A stretch of 64,000 nucleotides of DNA from Planctomycetota bacterium (GTDB lineage Bacteria > Planctomycetota > GCA-002687715 > DRQF01), in the NCBI GenBank assembly GCA_036479435.1, contig JAZGFI010000206.1:14297-78296 (forward strand), written 5' to 3'. Shown here piece by piece: positions 50,834 to 60,089 of the stretch. The notes beneath the pieces were generated by a model. It did not search any database, was not told where the DNA came from, and saw only the letters and a list, made by a program, of their open reading frames with translations. Both the position numbers and the translations under genes were made by a program. Position 1 is the first letter of the stretch. Every line of letters starts with the position of its first letter.

Positions 50834-52870
50834 ATGATGCGACCAGCTTTGTTGCTCATTTTGTTTGCGGGCCTTGCTGCCACCGCCTGGTGGTGGTTTG
50901 GAACTGCGGGTGACGATGATGCCTTAGAGGATCTGTCCGTGGCCGGCGACCTGAGCTTGCTTGACCACGCTCCTCAGCGTCACGTTGATGCCAAGGTCTC
51001 CGATCGAATCGATTCAGGCGATGACCCTGCCGAACAGGAACCTACGATCCCAACACCATCCGTCGCGACGCGTCTCTTGGTGCGGGGACAGATCATTGGC
51101 CTTAGCGCTAAAGTTAAACTCCGTTTGAGATTTTCCCCGGATGAATCATCCACAGCCCGGCTCCGGACTCGCGAATCTCTGCTCTTGCTCACAGACGAGG
51201 ATGGCACGTTTAATAAGGCCTTTGACCTTCCGGAAGGATTCGATGCAAAAGCTTCAGTCCTGACGGCTTCCTTGGTTAACTCCGACATTGGCCTACGACC
51301 CCACCGCTACTCTGCGGCTGACGCGAAACGCGAAGGCAAGTTTTTGGTTTTCGAACTGGCTCTGAGCGTCAAGACCGAGACGATTATTTGCGGGCGCGTT
51401 GTCGATGACGAAGGACAACCCTTACCCGGAACCTCCGTTGGCTTGTTCAAGTTCAAGGATCAAAATCCGGTAAGTCCAGACGCCGTAGCCGAGGTCAAGA
51501 GTGACGCAAAGGGCCAGTTTCGGCTCATAGCTCCGAGCGAAACAACGCTCTTGGTGATGGCCGCGCCAACAGAGAAGCTACCTGCTTCGATAGTGGTTTC
51601 ACCGACCGCCCATCAAATGACAAGAGTTGGCGATCTTAGATGTATGCCCGCCTTAGAGGTTTCTGGGATCGTGATGTTTCGCGGCAATCCGCTGGCCGGA
51701 ATCAAGGTCGCGGCCAGAGCGAAGAGCAGGGGATGGGGCCTCGTCATGGAAGGCGATCACTTCAGACTCTACCGCTGGCAAGACGGTATCGTAGCTCCCT
51801 GGCACAAGCTTACGACGACGGATTCGATGGGACGATTTGAAATCAAAGGTCTTAGCGCCGAGACCTATATCGTCGAACCCGGCTTGACTGGGGGCCCCTT
51901 CACTCTGGACCCGAGCCAACCCGAAACGACAACCTGGTTTCACGAAGACAGCCCCGCGTTTCCGCTACCCTCTGGCGATCTCGCCCACCTCGTGAATTCG
52001 GTCATCGATTCTGCACAAAGGGAAACGATCGCCCCCACCCGAGGCTTAGAACTCAAGATCAAAGCCGCCTTGCTCAGCGTCGAAGTTTCTGATTCGAAGG
52101 GCCCGATCGATGGAGCGTGGATTCAGCTCGACTGTGACCCTCAAGAGCCGCAAGTCACCGAAAACAAAGGGCGTGTTTTGTTCGTCGTCCCCATTGGCCC
52201 TTTAGCCATCGAGGCCAGCCATGGATTGTGTAAAACCGAGGTGTGCAAGATTAGGATTGCGGATTCCACGACTCTAAACCTCGTCAAGTTCACGATGCCA
52301 AGAGAACAGAGGGCAGATGTAAAGCTGACAGTTCTTGACGGCCAAGGCACGCCAGTGAAGGCCGTAACTTTGAGTTTCGAGTCGCGAGACCAAGGCCGCT
52401 TAGCTGGGCTTTACAGCCACGCCAAGAACGGCGTCCATCTCGTCAAATGCCTGAGAGCTGGCCGCTACTCTGTCACGGTTCGATCGAAAGGAAAGCAGCC
52501 CTTGGTGAGCCAAGAAACGCTTCTGGTGGTACCCAAGTCTGGCCAGGTAGAACAGACCATCCGACTCGAAGTTGGGGCAAGGCTCCGCGTTGGTATACGC
52601 CGCAACGGCAAGTTTGTGGCCAGGCAGCTGCGTATTCGTCCGGTCGACGGCGAGTTCATTGCTTTGGTAGTTCAGTGCCGGTCTCCAGACGGAGTTCGAC
52701 ATACCTTCCAGGGCATCGCTCCGGACCTTTGGCCCTGTTTGGCCGACGTAAAAACCCCGTTTTCGCCGGGGCAATACGAGATTATCTTCGGCGACAAAGA
52801 TGAAGGCGTGCACCGCCGAGTCATCGGCTTGGCGGCAAACGACACCAAAGACGTCATTATTGACCTTTAG
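50834..52870 (+). CDS. Membrane-anchored protein with carboxypeptidase-regulatory-like repeats
   Basis: SD GAGGAG; TM; repeated GRVVDDEGQPLPG..SDAKGQF, TTDSMGRFEIKGL. Confidence 0.8.
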   Translation: MMRPALLLILFAGLAATAWWWFGTAGDDDALEDLSVAGDLSLLDHAPQRHVDAKVSDRIDSGDDPAEQEPTIPTPSVATRLLVRGQIIGLSAKVKLRLRFSPDESSTARLRTRESLLLLTDEDGTFNKAFDLPEGFDAKASVLTASLVNSDIGLRPHRYSAADAKREGKFLVFELALSVKTETIICGRVVDDEGQPLPGTSVGLFKFKDQNPVSPDAVAEVKSDAKGQFRLIAPSETTLLVMAAPTEKLPASIVVSPTAHQMTRVGDLRCMPALEVSGIVMFRGNPLAGIKVAARAKSRGWGLVMEGDHFRLYRWQDGIVAPWHKLTTTDSMGRFEIKGLSAETYIVEPGLTGGPFTLDPSQPETTTWFHEDSPAFPLPSGDLAHLVNSVIDSAQRETIAPTRGLELKIKAALLSVEVSDSKGPIDGAWIQLDCDPQEPQVTENKGRVLFVVPIGPLAIEASHGLCKTEVCKIRIADSTTLNLVKFTMPREQRADVKLTVLDGQGTPVKAVTLSFESRDQGRLAGLYSHAKNGVHLVKCLRAGRYSVTVRSKGKQPLVSQETLLVVPKSGQVEQTIRLEVGARLRVGIRRNGKFVARQLRIRPVDGEFIALVVQCRSPDGVRHTFQGIAPDLWPCLADVKTPFSPGQYEIIFGDKDEGVHRRVIGLAANDTKDVIIDL

Positions 52871-53115
52871 CCACGGGCGGCATATGCCGTGGCACGATCA
52901 ATTCCGCTCAGGGAGAGGGCCGGCGAGGTCGACTTTGGGAAGCTCTCAAGAAATACGCGAACATCGAACTATCGACTTGTCCGAATTCGCCAAGAAGCAC
53001 TTTGGCGGTACGCTGGATCAGATGGAGATTGACTGGATGAAGTCAGAACGAAAACACAGCTTCGATTCCGACCAAACGTGTGATGACGCGGCGCCGGCGG
53101 CACACAGCTATAGGC

Positions 53116-53712
53116 CTACTCCAACTCTGCGAGTAGTTCTGACAGAGCCTGCGCGCCGCCGCTGAACACCGGCCAGCCGTCGCCGACCAAGACGGCTTCG
53201 ATGGCCGGTAAGGCGACGAGACGCCTTAGGGAATCGACGGCTTTGTTTTTGTCCGTCAGTTTTTGGTCCGGCAGTAGACAGAGTTTGGCGGCCTGGTGGG
53301 CACGGATCAAGTCGCCGGTGATGAGCGTCGTTTTTTCCAGCACGAGGGCCAGCTCTCCGGGAGTTTTGGAGCCGTCGAGGGTGATGACCTTCAAGCCCGG
53401 AACGACTTCATCACCGTCTTTGAGCCAGGCATCGCAAGTTAGCTGGTCACGCTCTTGGTCCGGGCCCAAGACGCGAGCACCCGTGGCTTCGGCCAAAGCT
53501 GATGCGGTGCGTTCGTGATCCGAGTTGGTGATGACGATCGTGCCTAGGGGGCCGAGGCTTTTTAGATGTGCCTGATCGTGCTCGCTCATTGGCAAGGGAT
53601 CGATGACCACGTTGCCGCCGGGGCGCAGCCACAACAAGCTGTGAAAATCGATGTTGCGCTCTTCGTCAAACACGGACCAGCCGTACAAGTCTTCTCGGTG
53701 CAGACGTTTCAT
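53116..53712 (-). CDS. MBL-fold protein (degenerate metal motif)
   Basis: VVIDPLP, IVITNSDHER, GSKTPGELAL, LITGD, AVLVGDGWP. Confidence 0.8.
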   Translation of the reverse strand: MKRLHREDLYGWSVFDEERNIDFHSLLWLRPGGNVVIDPLPMSEHDQAHLKSLGPLGTIVITNSDHERTASALAEATGARVLGPDQERDQLTCDAWLKDGDEVVPGLKVITLDGSKTPGELALVLEKTTLITGDLIRAHQAAKLCLLPDQKLTDKNKAVDSLRRLVALPAIEAVLVGDGWPVFSGGAQALSELLAELE

Positions 53713-53882
53713 CTCATCCTCCGGGAGCAACAAACCTTGGTAGCAGCGAGCCCCTCGACCCTAACAAATCTAAGACCTTGCCAGCCGATACGCCGCAGGC
53801 AAAAGCCCTTTGCCAGGGCCATGAAAAGAGCGGGCCCTGCACCGAAGTGAAGGACCCGCACAGGGCTTCGCTCAAATTTCCT

Positions 53883-54386
53883 TTAGCTTGGCAGACTCGT
53901 TTTCTCGTCGGGCTCATCCTCAACGGACAGGGCCTCGGCGAGTGCGTCGATGAACTCACTCAGAGCTGGGTACAAGCGGTGCCGTACTTCGAAAGGTGTT
54001 TCGATGAGCGGCCTCGCCTCGCAATATCCCGAAGGAACTTCCCAAAGTGAGTTGTCTCCGACTTCAGCGAGCACTTCGTGGTCTTCGAACTTTCCCAACT
54101 CGTAGGTCAGACGAAACTGGCCGCCAGCGTTGGCCGACCATGACAAAAACTCTTCGTGCAACTCTCCTGGCGCACAGCTTTCGTGCGGAATCGACGAAAG
54201 AATCGGTGAACCGAGCCGAAAGCGAAACTCGATTTCGACTGCGCTGCTTTGCAAATAGCTTTCGAGAGTTCTGATGTCGTCCGAGATCTGGTTTCGGGCG
54301 ACGTCAGCTTTCGCGAAGTTCCTCGTGGCGGCTTCGACCGCCTTTTGAATCTTCGCCGAATTAAACCTGGGTGCAGATGTATCCAT
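53883..54386 (-). CDS. Hypothetical protein
   Basis: ORF with SD AAGGGGAG; plausible globular composition; no recognised motif. Confidence 0.55.
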   Translation of the reverse strand: MDTSAPRFNSAKIQKAVEAATRNFAKADVARNQISDDIRTLESYLQSSAVEIEFRFRLGSPILSSIPHESCAPGELHEEFLSWSANAGGQFRLTYELGKFEDHEVLAEVGDNSLWEVPSGYCEARPLIETPFEVRHRLYPALSEFIDALAEALSVEDEPDEKTSLPS

Positions 54387-54543
54387 CTTGCAGCTCCCCT
54401 TAGATATGTGGACGAGAGACTCAACTCTCTGGCGTACGCCAATCAAGGCAACAGGGGACCATTCAAGGCGCTGCGAGAGTATTTCGAATGAGCGCAAAGG
54501 TCAAGAACCGACCTGCGAGATCGCGGGCATCAGCAAGCCCGTC

Positions 54544-57175
54544 TCAGCGGCTGAGGGGCTCGGCGAGAATGTAAAGGGCCATCGCCGTCGCGTAGGCGCG
54601 TCCAATCAGATAGTGATCCATGAAGGTTCCATCACCCTCACGCGCCGCGAGGACCGATTTTTGGACCGCCGCCACCAGCTCACGCCTCGTCTTCGGGCTC
54701 GCGTGGCGGCTGGCTTCGAGAGCATTGCGGTGACTGTAGAAGAAAAAGTAGCCACCGTGGCCGCGAGTATTGAAGTAGTCGTAGAGTTTTTTCGTCGGCA
54801 TGCGCAGCTCTCGGTGGTGCTCAATGAAGCGTCGCAAGGCGGCTTCGAGACTCTTCTTGTCGCCCTTCCCAGCCGCAAAGAGCGCGTCTTCGCAAAGAGA
54901 ATCTCGCCCGATGGCGCCGTGATCGTTGGTCATCCAGCCGTGACCGTTAGCGGTTGAATAGGGAAAAAGACTCCCTGGAGTCCGCATTGAACGCAGCGCG
55001 AGCCAGGCTCGGCGAAAGTCTTTCGCGGGGACTTTGATCTTGGCGCTCTTGGCCTTGGATAGGGCCAACAAACACTGAGCCGTGCTGAACGATGCCGGGC
55101 GTTTCGGACCATAAACCGTCCAGTTGCCGTCTTCACCCTGGCCCTCGAGAATCCGAGCCGTCACGCGCTTGGCCGCCTGAGTTCGCTGGTGCCGAAGAAG
55201 CGTCGACAAGGCATAAGGAGCATTGAAAGGATCGAGCCGCGTGCTTGGTTTTTGCGCCCAGGCCTCAAACCACTCCAGAGCCATGTCCGTCGCTTGTTTC
55301 GCGGCCTGCCGGTCTTTGGAGCTGAGCTTTTTTAGCCATCGGTCGAGCGCATCCACGGCGATTGCGGTGAGAGCGGGGTCCCAGTATCCCACGACGCCGT
55401 CTTGACCCGTGAAAGAGCCATCCTGTTTCTGAAACTCCATCAACCGGCGCACGCTCTCGGGTCCATCGAAAGCCATCGGCGCTGTTGTTTCGGTTTGCGT
55501 CGGAAGGTTCCCTTTTTCCGGCCAAGTCCTCAGGGTCTCCGCCAGCCAGGGGCGCGGGCCACCCGCGAGGGAGGCCAAAGCCGACTTGAGCCCGAAGGGA
55601 CTTCGACTCGTCGCTTGACGCCATTGGGTCATCGCCGCATCTAGCTGACCGCGGCGCTGAAGGCAGGCGCCCAGCCAGTAGCTTGCTTCGTCAAAGTGTG
55701 GACCGGCGGTCTGCTGCGATTTCTTGAACTCCACCGCGGCGCGCGACCAGTTGCCTTCGCGCATCGCGATATGCCCTCGAAGCAGAGCCGCGTCAGGCTT
55801 GTCGATGGCGGCGAGAGTCTTTCGCGCCTCCCTTAGTTTCCCTTGGCGCAACCGCAACCGTCCCCGCAGAACGCGGGCGCCGGGGCCACGCGCGGCCCCC
55901 AAGAGCACTTTGGCTCGCTTCAAATCGCCATCGCGGAGTGCCTCCTCCGCGGTCTTGGCTGACGACTTTTGCCCTTGGTCCTTCAAGACTTGGCGTAGCC
56001 AACGGTCAATGAAGTCAGACGAGAGCGCCCCAATTCGATGCAAATGCCTTATCACCTTGCCCTCGCTGTCGAGCGCCAAGAGCGCGGGCGTCACGATCTC
56101 TGCTGACTTCATACCCCAGGGTGCGAGAGTGTCTTGGCCGCCGGCGCCGTACAGATCTGGTACCAAGTTCCCACCGACGCCTTTTTCTCAACGTCAACGC
56201 TCAGTGACCCGGCCTCGCTCGCGCCGATTTCTGAGTCGCGAGTCAAGCGAACGGATTTGCCCACGGAATGCTCCCGCCAAGTCTGACTGACCTGACCCTG
56301 GCCTTCTGTCGCTAAGTGGTAGGTGGCGCACACCGGCACAAAGCGCCGCGAGATGACATCCACAACCTTGCGGTCGGTTAGGGGCCCGGCGCGAAAAAGG
56401 AGATCCTTGCGATAACCATCGTCGCGAAATCCGATGTCGTCGGCGCGAATGCTTCGGCGAGCTGAGTCTATTCCCGCTTTGTCATCTGTGCAGCGCACGT
56501 ACACCAAGATCGGTTTCTTCTCTCGCTTCGCACGCTTTTTGCCTGAGCCGCGTCGAACTGCCAGGGGATATCACTGCCGACGCCGCGCGCTAATTTCTGG
56601 GCTTCGTCGTCAAGGGACCGAGACGCATTCGGTTTTGCCGCTGGCGTCAAAGGCTTGGTGGTTTCGCTCAGAACGAAGTCATCCCACCAAACTTCGCCGC
56701 GCCCAACGATGTAGGCCATGACAAAAAGGGACTTCACCTTGGGTGGCAGCTCGAACACCACTTCGATGATTCGCCAGTCACCATCTTGGCTCTGGGGCGC
56801 GCATTGGACGAAGTGAATCGTCTTGTCGTCGGCATCCCAGCATTGAGCGATGAGATTGACTTTTGTCCCGGCCTTTAATCCTTGCGTCTTGACGTAGGCC
56901 GCCAGCCGAAACCGGCGCGTCTTGGCTTTGTCAACGCGGCAGACTTGGCGCCAATTAAAGGGAGTCTCAAGCGACCCACTTTCATTGTTGATGCGGAGAC
57001 TGCCCTTCTTCGATTTGCCCACCTTGCTGTCGAGGTTGAAGACAACTCCGGCGACCCTTGAACTTTGCGCCCAAGCCGAAGGCCCCTTGATGGACGGATT
57101 GCGAAAGTGGTTTTCTTGAGCCGCACTCGGTGCCACCCAAAAACTGCAGGCCAAGATAATGACAATAATGCGCAC
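54544..57175 (-). pseudogene. Multidomain secreted protein (CBM-like + thioredoxin-like + TPR + prenyltransferase-like barrel) split by two -1 frameshifts
   Basis: ORFs 56468..57175, 56109..56507 and 54544..56166 join into ~877 aa if one A is added to each A5 run (56536-56540, 56182-56186), restoring IPW..AKKRAKREKKPILVYV. Confidence 0.7.
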
Positions 57176-57235
57176 AAATCCTTCCTCTACTCGCCTTACC
57201 CATGCCCCCTGAGATCTCTTGGACGACGCCGACGC

Positions 57236-57637
57236 TCAGGCATTAGCCTCAATGTACAAATTTTTCAGGTCGGGCGATCGTCTCAAAAGACCCTCGATCT
57301 CCTGCAACAAACGCTCGTCATCTTGCATAACGTTCTTACGAGTGAGTTTCTCCAAAAGGGACCGGCGTTTTTCGATCTGAACGATCCAATCGCAACGACC
57401 GTCGGTCAAATCCTCAGGACCGGAAGCACCAACAAGGTAAGCCCGGCCTCCATCTGAAACTTCGGCATACCAACCCCAGTCCTCTTCTTCAGGGGGGCGC
57501 GTCGCCTCGAATCCTACTTGTTCGAGTTCTCCCGCGAGCCAATCAAGAACTGCGTACCCGGAAATCGGGTTGATCGAATTCCTCGGTTCATCCCTCGGGT
57601 CGAACGCGATGCTGGAAAACTCAAACAAGTGCGCCAT
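57236..57637 (-). CDS. Hypothetical protein
   Basis: 133-aa ORF with NP.SG..VLDWL..EDWGWY..W..QIEK.RSLLEKL pattern. Confidence 0.7.
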   Translation of the reverse strand: MAHLFEFSSIAFDPRDEPRNSINPISGYAVLDWLAGELEQVGFEATRPPEEEDWGWYAEVSDGGRAYLVGASGPEDLTDGRCDWIVQIEKRRSLLEKLTRKNVMQDDERLLQEIEGLLRRSPDLKNLYIEANA

Positions 57638-57963
57638 GACGTGATCATGTTCCCTTAGGTTTCAGGGGCGACCGGCAAGAGAGATAGACACCGAGCCAAG
57701 GCCTCAAGCGAGGCCCCTCCTAATCCTACTCTTCCGGCAGCTCAGGTAGCGAGAGAGAATACTCCTCCCAAGCCCGGGCGGCAGCGCGATGAGAGCTGCG
57801 AGCCGACAAACCCTGCTGGTCTCCAGATCTTTTCTAGATTTCATCGCGAATCAGGCGACTACCTTCGACTAATGAGTGCGGCGTTTGCGTCTTCCCGCCT
57901 CATCGCCCCGAATGAGTCGTTCGCCGCAGTCCCACCGTTTGGTACATTTCTGAAGAGAGAAGC

Positions 57964-58452
57964 ATGACCTTCGAAATTCAAAAACTCAAAGACGTCATCG
58001 AGGTGATCGCAAGCCATCTGTCCGTCGACAACTTGGGTCCGACCAAACTCTACAAGCTCACTTATTTCGCGGATGTGCAACATCTCCGCGCGACGGGCTC
58101 ATCGATAACCGGCTCTGAGTACATCAAGTACCAACACGGCCCGGTGCCAAGCCGTGCCGAACGAGCCTTAAAGCAGCTTCTGAATGAGCACGTGCTCCGA
58201 ACCGAATCGACGACAGTCGGGGACTTTCAGCTCACCAAGATTATCCCCATCATCCTTCGCCCCCCCACACTGCTATCCCCGGCCGAGTTGAACACCCTGG
58301 AATCCGTCTGCTTGGAGTTCGGCAAACTTTCGGCTGGCGAACTCTCGGAACTGAGTCACCGCGAGCCCGCTTGGATTGGCGCCGAATCGAAGCAGAAACT
58401 ATCAACGGAACTCATGCATTACGGAGCAAAGGAAGACCCGGACGGGCTCTAA
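57964..58452 (+). CDS. Panacea (SocA/DUF4065) antitoxin
   Basis: TKLYKLTYFAD..H....G.SITG..Y...HGPVP..LSAGELSELSH.EPAW. Confidence 0.9.
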   Translation: MTFEIQKLKDVIEVIASHLSVDNLGPTKLYKLTYFADVQHLRATGSSITGSEYIKYQHGPVPSRAERALKQLLNEHVLRTESTTVGDFQLTKIIPIILRPPTLLSPAELNTLESVCLEFGKLSAGELSELSHREPAWIGAESKQKLSTELMHYGAKEDPDGL

Positions 58453-58836
58453 GTGGACATTCGATTCCACTGCACCGTCCAATTCAGAAGGCGCTGCAGG
58501 AAGGCAAGACACCCGGTCGAAGAACAATGCCCAAGCGTTCAACTGGTTCTCTCAACGAACCTCATCTTCGGGCTGTCAGTCCCAAAGTTCCCTGAAGTCA
58601 GGAAGATGCGAATTGCGATTCCCCAGCTGAAGCTCGGAAAACGTAAGGGGTATCGTTGCATCTACAGCCGGCGAGTTGTGGACGAAACCGAGCACGTCGT
58701 TTTCTTGGAGGCCTACTTCAAGGGCGACAAAGCCGATCTTGTGCCCAGCGACTATTTGGTAATTGCGAGAATCGCCAAAGAGATCTTCGAGAATCCGCTC
58801 GGCCATGAATGGGATGATTTTGATCCTCTCCTCTAG
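58453..58836 (+). CDS. RelE/HigB-like toxin, putative partner of Panacea
   Basis: Starts directly after the Panacea stop; VRKMRIAI..GKRKGYRCIY..VFLEAYFKGDKADL. Confidence 0.75.
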   Translation: MDIRFHCTVQFRRRCRKARHPVEEQCPSVQLVLSTNLIFGLSVPKFPEVRKMRIAIPQLKLGKRKGYRCIYSRRVVDETEHVVFLEAYFKGDKADLVPSDYLVIARIAKEIFENPLGHEWDDFDPLL

Positions 58837-58856
58837 CCGGCCTTCGCTGGCGCAGC

Positions 58857-58958
58857 TTACGACAACAAGCCCTGTGCGAGGTAGTACCAATAGGCTGCCG
58901 TTTCTCTGACGAGAAGGGAATCACATTGGCATAGAGGTTGCTCCGCTTCGGCGGGAAC
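58857..58958 (-). repeat. Displaced duplicate of the 3' end of the YdcF-family gene
   Basis: Ungapped 102-bp match (~81% by manual count) to 60090-60191; encodes VPAE..SLLVRETAAYWYYLAQGLLS*. Confidence 0.92.
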
Positions 58959-58973
58959 TGACGGCCAGTAGCC

Positions 58974-59555
58974 ATGCATGACCATCTCAAAAGACACGCC
59001 GAGTTTCTCCGGCTCGAGAAGGCCGTTCGGCGGTGTATCGACAGGGGTCGATGCTCGCCATGGACGGGCCGTGGTTTTCGATTCGCGCCCACAAGATACG
59101 CCAAACCTAAGGAGTTCCTGAGCGGCCAAGGCACCTGGCGCAAAGGCTCCCGATGGATGGCCCAACACGTTGCTCCCGTCCTTTACCTCTCAAGTACTCC
59201 TGAGCTGGCCATGGCCGAGGCCCTCCGAAAGTTCCGGCTCTTTGGCATCCCTGAGTGGCAGGCGATGCCCCTTGTGGTCGCCGGAGTCGAAGTGAAGATC
59301 TCCGCTCTGCTCGACCTCAACGACGGCGCCCTTCGAAGCTCGCTTCGATTCAGCTCGCAAAGAATGGTCGAGGAACGTTGGCAGGACATGAATGGCGACG
59401 GCCTAGAGTCTCTTACCCAAGCACTCGGCCGAGCGATGATCGCTACCGGAGTCGAGGGCTTCATCTTTCCGCCCGCAACGCAGGCGAAAGGGTTCAACCT
59501 TGCGATCTTTCCGAGTTCCCTTAGACGATCAAGTTCCATCAAAATGCTCCCATGA
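58974..59555 (+). CDS. RES-domain toxin (NAD+ phosphorylase family)
   Basis: FR...RY..LSGQG....GSRW..VLYLS..ELAMAE..LLDL..TQALGRA..G.EG.IFP..NLAIFP. Confidence 0.85.
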   Translation: MHDHLKRHAEFLRLEKAVRRCIDRGRCSPWTGRGFRFAPTRYAKPKEFLSGQGTWRKGSRWMAQHVAPVLYLSSTPELAMAEALRKFRLFGIPEWQAMPLVVAGVEVKISALLDLNDGALRSSLRFSSQRMVEERWQDMNGDGLESLTQALGRAMIATGVEGFIFPPATQAKGFNLAIFPSSLRRSSSIKMLP

Positions 59556-59559
59556 GACG

Positions 59560-59619
59560 AATAAACATGTATAAGTACATGTTTAATTAGTTGCCTATTA
59601 ACTCCTCGGGTGGTATTCT
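59560..59619 (+). promoter_or_regulatory. Palindromic operator plus sigma70 promoter of the Xre antitoxin
   Basis: AATAAACATGT-ATAAGT-ACATGTTTAAT (59560-59587); TTGCCT-17 nt-TATTCT (59591-59619) with extended TG. Confidence 0.75.
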
Positions 59620-59640
59620 TTGGAACAGGAGCGGTGCACC

Positions 59641-60066
59641 ATGGCTACAACTAAAAAGAAAGCGAAGACCAAGCCGCGTGCCCGCCGTGCAGCAATCAAG
59701 ACCGCCATGGGTCTCGGCAAAAAGAGTCAACACAAAAACCCAGGCTTAGAACTGAGGGTCTTTCGAGAGAAGCTCGGCATCACTCGCGAGGTGATGGCTC
59801 GATTGGTCGGCATGTCTTTGAGCAAAGTGGCAAAACTTGAAGCTGGTGACAGCAGCGCAGACCTTCAGACCACCCGTCGGCTTCTTGAAATCCGGCATCT
59901 ACTCGACCAAGTCGGCAGCATCATGAAACCGGATTTCGTCGCAAGGTGGATTCGCGAACCCAACGAAGGCTTCGACGGCTTTAGCCCCCTTGAGGTCATC
60001 GAGCGTGGCCAAGTGGACCGGATTTGGCGCATGGTCTTCTCGATCGCTCATGGTGATGCGCTTTGA
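59641..60066 (+). CDS. Xre-HTH + MbcA/ParS C-terminal antitoxin
   Basis: SD AGGAG; HTH FREKLGITREVMARLVGMS..LE; W..EPNEGFDGFSPLEVI..G. Confidence 0.85.
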   Translation: MATTKKKAKTKPRARRAAIKTAMGLGKKSQHKNPGLELRVFREKLGITREVMARLVGMSLSKVAKLEAGDSSADLQTTRRLLEIRHLLDQVGSIMKPDFVARWIREPNEGFDGFSPLEVIERGQVDRIWRMVFSIAHGDAL

Positions 60067-60089
60067 TCCTCAATGGCCTCAAGGCCGAA

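Noticed and set aside
52930..53060. Possible C-terminal gene remnant (FAKKHFGGTLDQMEIDW)
   Set aside because: Too short to assign; no start or supporting domain
56109..56470. Selenocysteine readthrough at the TGA stops ending the split ORFs
   Set aside because: The continuation lies in a different frame, so frameshifts rather than in-frame UGA explain the breaks
58857..59168. 103-aa minus-strand ORF ending in a YdcF-like tail
   Set aside because: Only the last ~33 residues are homologous; the rest is antisense to the RES gene, so it is a displaced fragment, not a gene
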